A DNA stretch of 64,000 nt from the NCBI GenBank assembly GCA_036336835.1, contig JAYZFK010000046.1, positions 1 through 64,000 on the forward strand. The letters are read 5' to 3'. How positions within the stretch are numbered: position 1 is the stretch's first letter; each line of letters opens with the position of its first letter. The position numbers and the translations under genes were made by a program. The notes beneath the pieces are model-generated. The model made no database searches and was not told the origin of the DNA. It worked only from the letters and a program-made list of their open reading frames with translations. Shown in pieces: positions 1-9,102 of the stretch. This stretch comes from Myxococcota bacterium (lineage in GTDB: Bacteria; Myxococcota_A; UBA9160; UBA4427).

Positions 1-89
1 GCCAGCTCGTGCGCAGCAGCTCGGCCGATGCCGTTGGTCGCGCCCGTGAGCAGGACGGTTCGATCGCTGAGATCGGACGTGTCGGACAT
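1..89 (-). CDS. SDR family oxidoreductase, N-terminal part (runs off the window edge)
   Basis: Not in the ORF track. Minus-strand translation from ATG at 89 gives MSDTSDLSDRTVLLTGATNGIGRAAAHELA, containing the Rossmann TGxxxGIG motif; GGAG RBS upstream. Confidence 0.8.
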   Translation of the reverse strand, partial: MSDTSDLSDRTVLLTGATNGIGRAAAHEL

Positions 90-119
90 CGCGTCTCCGA
101 AGTGGACCGGTCGCCGAGT

Positions 120-953
120 CTACTTCGAAAGCGTGGCCCGAGTGCGCCGTTGCGCGGCGCGGCGCCGAGCGAGGAGGCCGACGAGACTGGTACAGAGCAT
201 GAGTGCCGTACTCGGCTCCGGGACGGTGTTGAACGTGACGTTGTCGATACCGCCCAATCCGTCCAGACTGATGTGGACTTCATCGAAGGAGGTGAAACCG
301 AGATCGGAGGCAGAGATCGTCTGGATGTGGTTCGCGGAGTTGTCGGTGAACTCGATACTCGAGTCCGCAGCGGCGAGTTCCGCAAAGGTAACGAACGCCT
401 CACTCCCGCTCGAGAAGAAGGTGATCCGTCCTCTCTCACCCGGCGGCTCCGCACCGATCACATCGATGGCGAAGTCGACGACCGGCGTCGCAAACACCAG
501 GCCGAGCACGCCATCGCGGTGGTGCCCGTCGTCGTCGGAATCATCGGAGTGGTGCCCCTCATCGTCGAGAGTGTCGACGGAGCGGTGATGATAGTCGTGA
601 TGGTGGTCGTGCTCGTCATCATCATCATCGTCATCCAGGTCTCCTCCGAGGATCAGGATGTTGCCGAAGACCGTTTCACTGCGATTGCCGCCCGCGAACC
701 TCGGGCCCCGTAGATCGCGGAGATCGTGGTCGACGGGGCCGTCGAATAGCGTGTCGAACGTGACGGCGACATTCTCGCTCGAGTCGCCGAAGTGATCGGC
801 AAAGACGGTCACGCCTAGCGCGGCAAACTGATTGGTCACGATCTCGCCGCGAGCAAGTCCGTCAAAATCGATCGTCTCTGCTCCCGCGTGTCTCGCTACA
901 CAGAATGTTACGAGGGCCAACAGAAGACGGTTGCATTGCAGCCGCGTCACCAA
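120..953 (-). CDS. PEP-CTERM sorting domain surface protein with His/Asp-rich insert
   Basis: Signal peptide (…ARHAGA/ETIDFD); C-terminal VPEP + hydrophobic helix + RRR basic tail. Confidence 0.85.
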   Translation of the reverse strand: MVTRLQCNRLLLALVTFCVARHAGAETIDFDGLARGEIVTNQFAALGVTVFADHFGDSSENVAVTFDTLFDGPVDHDLRDLRGPRFAGGNRSETVFGNILILGGDLDDDDDDDEHDHHHDYHHRSVDTLDDEGHHSDDSDDDGHHRDGVLGLVFATPVVDFAIDVIGAEPPGERGRITFFSSGSEAFVTFAELAAADSSIEFTDNSANHIQTISASDLGFTSFDEVHISLDGLGGIDNVTFNTVPEPSTALMLCTSLVGLLARRRAAQRRTRATLSK

Positions 954-1350
954 GTCCCCTCTCCGCGCAAACGCACGGACTCGTAAGCGGAGGTGGTGTG
1001 GTGATGCGGCTTGTGTCAGGAAACCTTAATGCGCCAGTCGGGTTGGCGGCGCGGAGGACGTTCGAGGGCAACGCGTCGGCGCAGAACCCACGCGCCCCGG
1101 GGGAGGTCGGTGGCTGACTGGCCGTCGTGCACCCGTTCCCCCCCGGGCCCGGCGGCGGGACCCCACCCGCCATCTGGGGGCAACGCGGCCGGGGGTCGAC
1201 ACGCAGCGAGCAGGCAAGAGATCTCGCCACCCGACCACTCGCATCGCGGACCGTGTCCGAGGGAAGATTTTTCCATACTGTAGGTAAAATACCCCCACTT
1301 CAAACTCGCCTCATTTCTTCATAAGTCACTGGAATAACTCGATTATTGCT

Positions 1351-1366
1351 TGGCACCCGCCTTGCT
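1351..1366 (+). promoter_or_regulatory. sigma54 (-24/-12) promoter upstream of the PEP-CTERM gene at 1567
   Basis: TGGCAC-CCGCC-TTGCT matches TGGCAC-N5-TTGCW with exact GG-N10-GC spacing, in an AT-rich intergenic patch. Confidence 0.8.
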
Positions 1367-1566
1367 ATCTCAAGGTGTCCTGGGACGGGATCCCTGCGGA
1401 ACACAGCGGACGTGGGGCTGCGCAGTCGCGCGGCACCCCTCGCTCGCTCTACGGGGCCAGTTCAGCGTCTGCGAGTGCCGGACCCGATGTCGGGCGGCAA
1501 TCAGCGACGCGCGCGCACGGAGCGTGCGCACAGGGGCCCGGCCCGGGGCCCGGCAAGGATGCGTGA

Positions 1567-2289
1567 GTGGTGCGGACGACAAGCTGGTACGGAGGGCTCT
1601 TCGCGGCAATCCTGTCGGTGGCAAGCACCCAGGCGTCGGCCCTGACATGGACGGTCGAGAGCGACCAGGGCGGCATGCTCACAACCGGCGGTACGTCGCT
1701 CCACCACTGGGCGGAGTCGACGTCTGATTTCTCGCTGGCTCTCAACGCTGTAGCCGGCGAACCGAACTCGAGCCTGAGCATCCATCTCGGCCTTATGAAC
1801 ACCCTGGCCGTCACGCAGACGTTCACAGTCACCTCGACGATTCCGATCAAGGCTCTGTCCTCACCGGTCGACCTCGCCGGCTCGATGGGCGTGACGATCA
1901 CCGACAGCAGCGACCCGCTCGATTCGGCGATGCTCGGCATCGCCGGGCAGGATCCCTTCTTTCAGGGGCTGATCGATGGTGTCCCGATCGCGAGCGCGAC
2001 GATCTTCGCCAACCCCTACTTTCTCAGTTGCACCAGCGGCGCGCTGCTGGCCTGTACCGTGGCCGATAGCGGCTCGTTCGGCCCCCTGGTCGCAGCAAAG
2101 AACGCGATGACCTCGATCGGAATTCGGCACACGTTTACGCTCACGCCCGGAGACTCGATCGGAATATCGAGCAGCCTGGTCGTGGCCGGGTCGCCGGCTC
2201 CATCGATCAATCTGCCAGAGCCATCGATGGCCACGCTGCTGGCGAGCGGGCTCGGCATCCTGGCAATGCTCGGCCGCCAGCGACGCTAG
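1567..2289 (+). CDS. PEP-CTERM sorting domain surface protein, Ser/Thr-rich beta domain
   Basis: Signal peptide (…QASA/LT); C-terminal LPEPS + TM helix + RQRR. Confidence 0.85.
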   Translation: MVRTTSWYGGLFAAILSVASTQASALTWTVESDQGGMLTTGGTSLHHWAESTSDFSLALNAVAGEPNSSLSIHLGLMNTLAVTQTFTVTSTIPIKALSSPVDLAGSMGVTITDSSDPLDSAMLGIAGQDPFFQGLIDGVPIASATIFANPYFLSCTSGALLACTVADSGSFGPLVAAKNAMTSIGIRHTFTLTPGDSIGISSSLVVAGSPAPSINLPEPSMATLLASGLGILAMLGRQRR

Positions 2290-2391
2290 ACCCTGTCGAG
2301 CGCCTGGCCGCACGCCGTTGGTAGACCCGCAGACGGCAGCCTCCCCGCTCCGAGGCCCGGGCCTCGACACGGACCGCTCCGTCGCTCCGTA

Positions 2392-4203
2392 TCAGAGAGC
2401 CGGATCCACCATCGCGTCGTGGAGCAGGTAGGAGATCACCATCGGATCGACGGCGCGTTTCCAGGTCTCGCGGTCCCAGGTCTTCTTGTCCACCAGGCCC
2501 GGGTCGAGGATCTCGGTCCAGAAGCCGGCCGAGCGACGGGCTTCACGCGCCAGCGGACGGCCCGTGCTGCGCCAGTAGATGCCATTCGAGTAGACACGGT
2601 GCGCCTTCGGCTGCTTCCAGAAGGGCCCCTCGTGGAAGGCGCTCTGCTCGGCGTCGAGCTGCACCGGCGGGATGCGTCCCGAGTCGATGTCGGCCTGCGT
2701 GAGCCGATCCTCGAACGGGATGTCCTTCCAGTCCTTCGCGTACTTGCCGAGGATGTGGTGGTGGAAGGGCCGGTGGCGGATCTCTTCCTGCGGAAACGCA
2801 TAGGCCGCGCGGATCAGACCCGGGTTGAGGAAAGGCGTCACGACCTGACCCGGCTGCGCCGCCATCGATCCCGACGCCCAGCGACGCGTGTACTCGTACA
2901 GGAAGAAGAAGTGCATGCGCGCGAAGCCCTCTAGACCGTAGAGGTCGGCCTGTCGATAGGCAGTGCGCCACAGCTCTCCGACCGACTCCCGCAGCTCGGG
3001 GTGCAGGTACGGCTCGAGCTGACCGACGAGCTGGCCGATCATCGCATCCTCGTACTGCGAAGGATCGAGCTCCCAGGCGCGGGTCTTCATCACGAAGTCG
3101 GCCTTGCCGATGCCCGAGTGCTGCCCCATCACGTTGACGAGCCCGGGCTCGAGCCGCTCGCGACGCGCCAGGAAGGTCTTGTGCTTGGTGGTCGACAGGT
3201 TGCCAGCCTGCCAGCGCAGCGCGAGCCGAACGCACCGCCGCAGCCGCTCCACATCCTCGGGCGGGTAGCCTCCCTTGTTGTTGATGCGCAGCTCCAGTCC
3301 GGCCACGCGCGCGAGCTCGGCGGCGATCATTACGTCGTAGCGCTCGGGGTTGCCGCGCACGCGCAGACTCATCGTCGCTCCGAGATCGCGCAGCAGCGAC
3401 ACCACTACCCGGCTGTCCCAGCCCCCGGACAGCCCGACGTTTGGCTTCACCCACTGCTCGATCGCGCCCTCGAGCAGGCCGCGCATCGATGTTTCGGCCA
3501 GTTCGAGGCAGTCCTGACGCGACATCGGATCGGGGTGGAGCCAGCGCTCCAGTACGTCGAAGCGCTCGTGGCTGACGCCCGGTGCAGCGAGGCGAACGCG
3601 CGTTCCTGGGGTCACATGGCGCACTCCCTCGAAGCCGGTCAGCTCGAGCGGAAACCATCCCGTGCAAAAGCGTGCTGCCCACTCGAGCGGCACCGGGTCG
3701 AGCGGGATGCCGAGCGTCTGCAGCGCGGACAGGCGATTGGTGAGCGCGTAGACATTCGCGTCCTCGTACTCGTACAGCTGGGCCTGGCCGAGCGCATCGG
3801 ACTGCACGCACGTGGTGCCATCGCCGTTCGACCAGACGAGCGAGAACGGCGGCACCAGATCGTGGAGCAGCGACGATGGATCGTCATCGAAATGGCTCGC
3901 CAGATCGAGCAACGTGCGATCGGGCCCGCTCGACAAGCCCCGCTCGCGCAGCAACCGGGCCGAGGCGACGGGATACTCCCCGGCCAGTGCAAAGCGGTCT
4001 CCATCGCGCTCGACCAGAGGCGGCTTCCAGCGCTCGACGGGCAGCTCGAGCCACACCAGCTTCGCTTCGGGCGCGCTGTGCGTGCCGATCGTGGGTCCCT
4101 CGCCCAGGATCGGCTCGAACACACTCTCGAGCGACGGGGCGACGCGCTCGATCGTTCGCCGCACGTCCGGCCTCTTGTCCTGCCACAGCACGAAGATCAA
4201 CAT
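2392..4203 (-). CDS. Asparagine synthetase-like ATP-dependent amide ligase (no N-terminal catalytic Cys)
   Basis: PP-loop motif LSGGWDSR and a late VTPFL segment. Start placed at MLIFVLWQ (ATG 4203) because the longer ORF-track start overlaps the divergent gene. Confidence 0.7.
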   Translation of the reverse strand: MLIFVLWQDKRPDVRRTIERVAPSLESVFEPILGEGPTIGTHSAPEAKLVWLELPVERWKPPLVERDGDRFALAGEYPVASARLLRERGLSSGPDRTLLDLASHFDDDPSSLLHDLVPPFSLVWSNGDGTTCVQSDALGQAQLYEYEDANVYALTNRLSALQTLGIPLDPVPLEWAARFCTGWFPLELTGFEGVRHVTPGTRVRLAAPGVSHERFDVLERWLHPDPMSRQDCLELAETSMRGLLEGAIEQWVKPNVGLSGGWDSRVVVSLLRDLGATMSLRVRGNPERYDVMIAAELARVAGLELRINNKGGYPPEDVERLRRCVRLALRWQAGNLSTTKHKTFLARRERLEPGLVNVMGQHSGIGKADFVMKTRAWELDPSQYEDAMIGQLVGQLEPYLHPELRESVGELWRTAYRQADLYGLEGFARMHFFFLYEYTRRWASGSMAAQPGQVVTPFLNPGLIRAAYAFPQEEIRHRPFHHHILGKYAKDWKDIPFEDRLTQADIDSGRIPPVQLDAEQSAFHEGPFWKQPKAHRVYSNGIYWRSTGRPLAREARRSAGFWTEILDPGLVDKKTWDRETWKRAVDPMVISYLLHDAMVDPAL

Positions 4204-4247
4204 CTGCTCTCTCGCTCTGGCGTCTTCGCGTATGCTAGGAACGTCCC

Positions 4248-5396
4248 GTGATCCTGGCCGATACACTCCTCGACGCACTCGGACACGCCGGCTTTGGCCT
4301 GATCGCCGGCGTTCCCTGCTCGTACCTGACACCGTTGATCAACGCGGCGAGCGCTTCGCAGGAGGTTCGCTACGTCGGCGCCGCCAACGAAGGCGAGGCG
4401 ATCGCGATCGCCTGCGGCGCCGAGCTGGCGGGCCTGCGCAGCATGGCGTTCTTCCAGAACTCCGGCCTGGGCAACGCGGTGAACCCGCTGACCTCGCTTG
4501 CGGCGCCTTTTCGCAAGCCGATCCTGATCATGACCACCTGGCGTGGAGAGCCTGGCGAGCCGCCCGACGAGCCGCAGCACGCGATGATGGGCGACATCAC
4601 GCCGAAGCTGCTCGAGCTGATGGGCATCGGCTGGGAGCGGTTGCCCGAAGACGAGACTGACCTCGCGCCTGCACTCGAGCGCGCTGATGCCCACATGAGC
4701 TCGAGCGGCTTGTCCTACGCCTTCATCGTGCCGAAGGGCGGCGTCGGTGGTGACAATCCGGCGCCCGCTAGCGAAGGACTTCGTGCCGCCAACCCGAGCG
4801 CACTCGAGCCCCGTGACCTGCTGAGCGGCGAGCCGCTCGAACCGGACCTCGCGCTGGCCGCGGTCCAACGCGCCGCCGGTCCCGAGCACGCGGTGCTCGC
4901 CACCACCGGCTTTACCGGGCGAGCGCTCTACGCGCTCGAGGACCGGCCGAGCCAGTTCTACATGGTGGGCTCGATGGGCTGCATCTCGAGCGTCGGTCTG
5001 GGAATCGCCAAAGCTCAGCCCCAGCGACGCGTGATCGTCCTCGACGGGGATGGCGCGATGCTGATGCGCCTGGGCGCGGCCGCCACCCTGGGCTTCGAGC
5101 GCCCGCCAAACCTTCTGCACGTGCTGCTCGACAACGGCGTCCACGACTCGACCGGCGCGCAGCCGACCGTCTCGAACGTGACCGACCTGGCCGCAGTCGC
5201 GCGCTCCTGCGGGTATCCCGATGTGCTGCGCGTGTCCAGCGCGGCCGAGCTGGAGGACGCGATCCGTACCCCTCGAAGAGAGCTCGGCTTCGTCCACGTG
5301 AGGACGGCGCCGCGCGCCGATCGCAAGCTGCCGCGGCCGACACAGACCGCCCAGGAGCTGGCCGACCGTTTCAGCCGCTGGCTCGCCGACGACTAG
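4248..5396 (+). CDS. aepY: Phosphonopyruvate decarboxylase (ThDP-dependent)
   Basis: GVPCS, ANEGEA, QNSGLGNAVNPL, DEPQH, GSMG and DGDGA…LDN ThDP motif; STGAQPT. Confidence 0.9.
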   Translation: MILADTLLDALGHAGFGLIAGVPCSYLTPLINAASASQEVRYVGAANEGEAIAIACGAELAGLRSMAFFQNSGLGNAVNPLTSLAAPFRKPILIMTTWRGEPGEPPDEPQHAMMGDITPKLLELMGIGWERLPEDETDLAPALERADAHMSSSGLSYAFIVPKGGVGGDNPAPASEGLRAANPSALEPRDLLSGEPLEPDLALAAVQRAAGPEHAVLATTGFTGRALYALEDRPSQFYMVGSMGCISSVGLGIAKAQPQRRVIVLDGDGAMLMRLGAAATLGFERPPNLLHVLLDNGVHDSTGAQPTVSNVTDLAAVARSCGYPDVLRVSSAAELEDAIRTPRRELGFVHVRTAPRADRKLPRPTQTAQELADRFSRWLADD

Positions 5397-6526
5397 CCCC
5401 CGGGGCATCCCTGTATCTCCACTCCCATCGCTTCCAGCGAGCATTCGAGGGCTGCCAGCATGGCGGCGACATCCGCTTCCTCGATCCGCCCGATCGAGCC
5501 GATCCGGAAGCAGTCTGCATCCGAGAGCTTGCCCGGATAGATCACGAAGCCCTGCTCGCTCATCCGCCGGTAGAGCTCGTCGAAGTCGAAAGACGGATGC
5601 TCGGGATAGCGAAATGCAGTGATGATGGGGCCCTGCAGCGCCTCGGCCAGGTACTCGCGGAAGCCCATTGCGCGCATGCCAGCGAGCAGCAAGCGGTGGT
5701 TCGCCGCGTATCGTTTGGCCCGCCCCACGACGCCCCCCTCCTTGTCGAGCTCGCTCATCGCCTGGTCGAAGGCCAGGATCGCGTGCGTCGGCGGCGTGAA
5801 ACGGAACTGTCCGTTCCGCCCGATTCCGCGCCACTGGGCCAGCAGATCGAAGCTGAGCGAACGCGCCCGACCTTCGGTCGCGAGTAGCGCCTCGCGCCGA
5901 CACAGCACGAACGCAAAGCCCGGGACGCCCTCGATGCACTTGTTGGACGACGAGATGAGGAAATCAGCGCCCCATTCGGCGAGGTCGATCGGTACCCCGC
6001 CGAATGCGCTCATCGAATCGACGATCGAGATGCAGCCGCGCGCGCGCGCCACCTGGCACACGTCGCCCGCCGGGTTCAACATTCCCGTACTGGTCTCGCA
6101 ATGCACCACCGACACGTGCGTCAACAAGTCGTCTGCTGCGAGGGCTGCATCGACCCGGGCGGGATCGACCTGCTCGTGCTCGGCAAAGCGCAGCAGCGCG
6201 TGGTCGATTCCCAGCGCGGTGGCGATCTGCCCGAGGCGCGTGCCGTAGGTACCGTTCGTGACGACCAGCAGCTTGCCGTCGCGGGGCAGCGCGCACCCGA
6301 CCACGGCCTCGAGCGCATAGGTCCCACTGCCTTGCAAGAGGATCGATTCGTATCCGTCCTGCTGCGACACCCCCGCCACTGCGAGCAGTGCCGTGTGGAC
6401 GCGCGCCACCGTCTCGATGAACTCGCTGTCGCGCGAGCCGAGATCGCGCAGCATCGCCCGCTTCACGCTCGAACTCGTGGTGAGCGGGCCTGGCGTAAAC
6501 AATAGCTTGTCGGGGGGGAGCGACAT
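5393..6526 (-). CDS. phnW: 2-aminoethylphosphonate--pyruvate transaminase (PLP class V)
   Basis: LLFTPGPLTTS, HCETSTG, DSMSAFG, SSNKCIEGVPGF (PLP Lys), GQFRFTPPTH, IYPGK, FRIG; start at MSLPPDK. Confidence 0.92.
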   Translation of the reverse strand: MSLPPDKLLFTPGPLTTSSSVKRAMLRDLGSRDSEFIETVARVHTALLAVAGVSQQDGYESILLQGSGTYALEAVVGCALPRDGKLLVVTNGTYGTRLGQIATALGIDHALLRFAEHEQVDPARVDAALAADDLLTHVSVVHCETSTGMLNPAGDVCQVARARGCISIVDSMSAFGGVPIDLAEWGADFLISSSNKCIEGVPGFAFVLCRREALLATEGRARSLSFDLLAQWRGIGRNGQFRFTPPTHAILAFDQAMSELDKEGGVVGRAKRYAANHRLLLAGMRAMGFREYLAEALQGPIITAFRYPEHPSFDFDELYRRMSEQGFVIYPGKLSDADCFRIGSIGRIEEADVAAMLAALECSLEAMGVEIQGCPGG

Positions 6527-6543
6527 GGAGTCATCCAAAGCAA

Positions 6544-7398
6544 CTAGCCACGATAGCCGCGCACGTAGTCCTGCGTGATCGGGTCCCGCGGGTTCTCGAA
6601 GATCTGCCTCGCCGAGCCGACCTCGGCCAGACAGCCTGCACCGCCGCAAGCCCACAGCACCACTACGTCGTCCGCGATGCGGCGCGCCTGAGCCAGGTTG
6701 TGCGTCACGATCACAACGGAAAAATTACCACGGAGCGAAGAGACGAGATCTTCGACCACACCGCTCGCAATCGGGTCGAGCGCACTGCACGGCTCGTCGA
6801 GCAGAATCACCTCGGGCTGCAGCACGAGCGCCCGCGCGATGCAGAGTCGCTGCTGCTGCCCGCCCGAGAGCGCCTGCGCCGGCGAGTCGAGCCTGTCCTG
6901 CACTTCCTTCCATAGCGCTACTTCACGCAGCGATGCTTCGATCGTCGCCTCGATCTGGTGACGATCGCGCACACCATGCTCTCGCAGAGGGAGCGCGAGG
7001 TTGGAACGGATCGACATCGGGAACGGGTTCGGTTTCTGAAAGATCATGCCCATGCGGCGGCGCAACAGAAGAACGTCGGTCTCGGGCCCCAGCACGTCGA
7101 GCCCGCCAAGGTGGATCCGACCATCGACGTGCGCGCCCGGAATCAGGTCCGTCAACCGGTTCATGCTCTGCAGCAAGCTCGACTTTCCGCAACCCGAGGG
7201 ACCGATCAGCGCCGTGATCTTGCCCAGGCTCACGTCGAACGTGGCCTCGCGGACTGCGACACGATCGTTGTACGACACAGCGACGTCGTCCAACTGCAGG
7301 ATGACGTCGCCTGCGCCCGCAAGCGGCGCGTTCACCAGACCCGGGGCAGCAGATTCAGCGAATCGACCGGACTCTACGATTCGAAGCTTTCCACTCAT
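6544..7398 (-). CDS. pstB: Phosphate ABC transporter ATP-binding protein
   Basis: GPSGCGKS, FQKPNPFPMSI, LSGGQQQRLCIARAL, DEPCSALDP, VTHN. Confidence 0.93.
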   Translation of the reverse strand: MSGKLRIVESGRFAESAAPGLVNAPLAGAGDVILQLDDVAVSYNDRVAVREATFDVSLGKITALIGPSGCGKSSLLQSMNRLTDLIPGAHVDGRIHLGGLDVLGPETDVLLLRRRMGMIFQKPNPFPMSIRSNLALPLREHGVRDRHQIEATIEASLREVALWKEVQDRLDSPAQALSGGQQQRLCIARALVLQPEVILLDEPCSALDPIASGVVEDLVSSLRGNFSVVIVTHNLAQARRIADDVVVLWACGGAGCLAEVGSARQIFENPRDPITQDYVRGYRG

Positions 7399-8255
7399 CG
7401 GATCCCCGATGCGCTGCTGGCGCGAGTGGTGAGACTCGCCGCGGCCATGTTTGCTGTAACGAGAACTGCAACCAGAACCAGGGCAGTGGCGCAAGCGCGC
7501 GGCTCACCGCCCGTGACATTCATGGCGAGATCGTAGATGTGAATCGACAGCGCCCTGCCCGAATCGGACAGCGAGGTCGGCATGCGGTCGACATAGCCAC
7601 TCGTGAACAGCAGCGCGGCCGTCTCCGCCAGCGCGCGGCCGATACCGAGCGCAAGCCCCACGCCCAGGCCCGGCAGCGCCGCGGGCAGCAGCAGCTTCGC
7701 GAAGGTCGATGCGCGGCTGAAGCCGAGCGCGGCCGCGCCCTGCCGAATCTCGTCGGGCACGGATCGGAAGCCCTCTTCGGTTGCACGGATCACCAGCGGA
7801 AGCACCATGCACGCGAGCGTGAGCCCTCCGGACACGATCGAGAAGCCGAGCCCCAGCGTCACACAGAAGAACACGTTGCCGAACAGCCCGAAGACGATCG
7901 ACGGTACTCCCGAGAGTACATCGAGGCTGACACGCACGGTACGGCCGAGCGCGCCATCGGTTCGCGTAAACTCGGCCAGCAGCGCCGCTGCACCGACGCC
8001 GATGGGGATCGCTGCCGTGAGACACACCAGCAGGATCAGCCCGGTCGAAACCAGGATCGGTGCAATACCGCCTGCGCGACCAGCGTCGGCGGGCGACTCG
8101 CGCAGAAACGCGATCGACAGCTCCGACACGCCGCGAAGGCCGACATCGCCGACCACCCAGCTGAACAGGCCGAGCGTTGCGATCGCGACCCCCCACACCA
8201 CGAGCCCGAGCAGCCCGTCCCCCCGTCGAAATCCCGCTCGCAGCGCGCTAGGCAT
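7395..8255 (-). CDS. pstA: Phosphate ABC transporter permease
   Basis: GVPSIVFGLFG, RALAETA, multiple TM helices; overlaps pstB and pstC. Confidence 0.9.
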   Translation of the reverse strand: MPSALRAGFRRGDGLLGLVVWGVAIATLGLFSWVVGDVGLRGVSELSIAFLRESPADAGRAGGIAPILVSTGLILLVCLTAAIPIGVGAAALLAEFTRTDGALGRTVRVSLDVLSGVPSIVFGLFGNVFFCVTLGLGFSIVSGGLTLACMVLPLVIRATEEGFRSVPDEIRQGAAALGFSRASTFAKLLLPAALPGLGVGLALGIGRALAETAALLFTSGYVDRMPTSLSDSGRALSIHIYDLAMNVTGGEPRACATALVLVAVLVTANMAAASLTTRASSASGIR

Positions 8256-9102
8256 GTCGGCCCCCTCGCACCAGGCCGGCCGTCGAGGCCAGCGCCATCC
8301 ACATCAACAGCAAGCAGAGTCCGCTTACGAACAAGGCGGCGCGGTGGTCGGCCAGCGCGTAGCCCATCTCGAGCGCGATGTTGGCCGTCAGCGTGCGCAC
8401 CGGATCGAACACGCTCGTCGGCAGCTTGACGACGTTGCCGCATACCATCAGCACGGCCATCGTCTCGCCGACTGCGCGGCCTGCGGCGAGCACGATGCCC
8501 GTCACGATTCCCGACCGCGCCGCCGGAACCGCCACCTTGAGCGCGATCGCGTGACGCGGCAGCGCCAGCGCGTGCGCAGCCTGAAGGGTGGGCGCCGGCA
8601 CGGCGGCGAGCGCGACGTCCGCCATCAGAGCGACGGTCGGCAGGATCATTACGGTCAGCACGAGCGTACCGGCCAGCACGCTCTGCCCGGGCGGCGCAAA
8701 ACGCAGCAGGAGGGGAACCAGCACTACCAGGCCCCACAGCCCATAGACCACCGACGGAATGCCCGCGAGCAGCTCCATCACACGGCGCAGCAGGACGGCA
8801 AGGCCCCGCGGCGCGTAGAAGTGCGCGAACACCGCCGACGCGATGCCCAGCGGCGTCGCCAAGGTGATCGCACCAGCGCTCGTCACCAGGGTGGCGACCA
8901 GCATTGGCATGATGCCGAAACCGGGATCCGCGCCCGTCGGGCTCCAGTCGTCGCTCAAGAAGCGAACGATTCCGATGTCACGCAGGGCGGGCCACGAGTC
9001 TCGTGCCACGAACGCGACGATCAGCACAACGACCGCAGCGGCTGCCACGGCGCAGGCGCGCAGCAGCGCGATGAGCAGAGCGTCCTTAGTCGACGGCGAC
9101 AA
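8248..9102 (-). CDS. pstC: Phosphate ABC transporter permease (start approximate, TTG)
   Basis: ELLAGIPSVVYGLWG, GRAVGETMAVLMVCGN, RTLTANIALEM. Confidence 0.9.
   Translation of the reverse strand: MSPSTKDALLIALLRACAVAAAAVVVLIVAFVARDSWPALRDIGIVRFLSDDWSPTGADPGFGIMPMLVATLVTSAGAITLATPLGIASAVFAHFYAPRGLAVLLRRVMELLAGIPSVVYGLWGLVVLVPLLLRFAPPGQSVLAGTLVLTVMILPTVALMADVALAAVPAPTLQAAHALALPRHAIALKVAVPAARSGIVTGIVLAAGRAVGETMAVLMVCGNVVKLPTSVFDPVRTLTANIALEMGYALADHRAALFVSGLCLLLMWMALASTAGLVRGGRHA

Noticed and set aside
1214..1229. Minus-strand sigma54 promoter for the 120-953 gene (TGGCGAGATCTCTTGC)
   Set aside because: GG-to-GC spacing is 11 nt, not the required 10.
2392..4203. Lasso peptide cyclase / RiPP cluster
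   Set aside because: The AsnB-like fold fits, but there is no adjacent leader peptidase, RRE/PqqD protein or precursor peptide.
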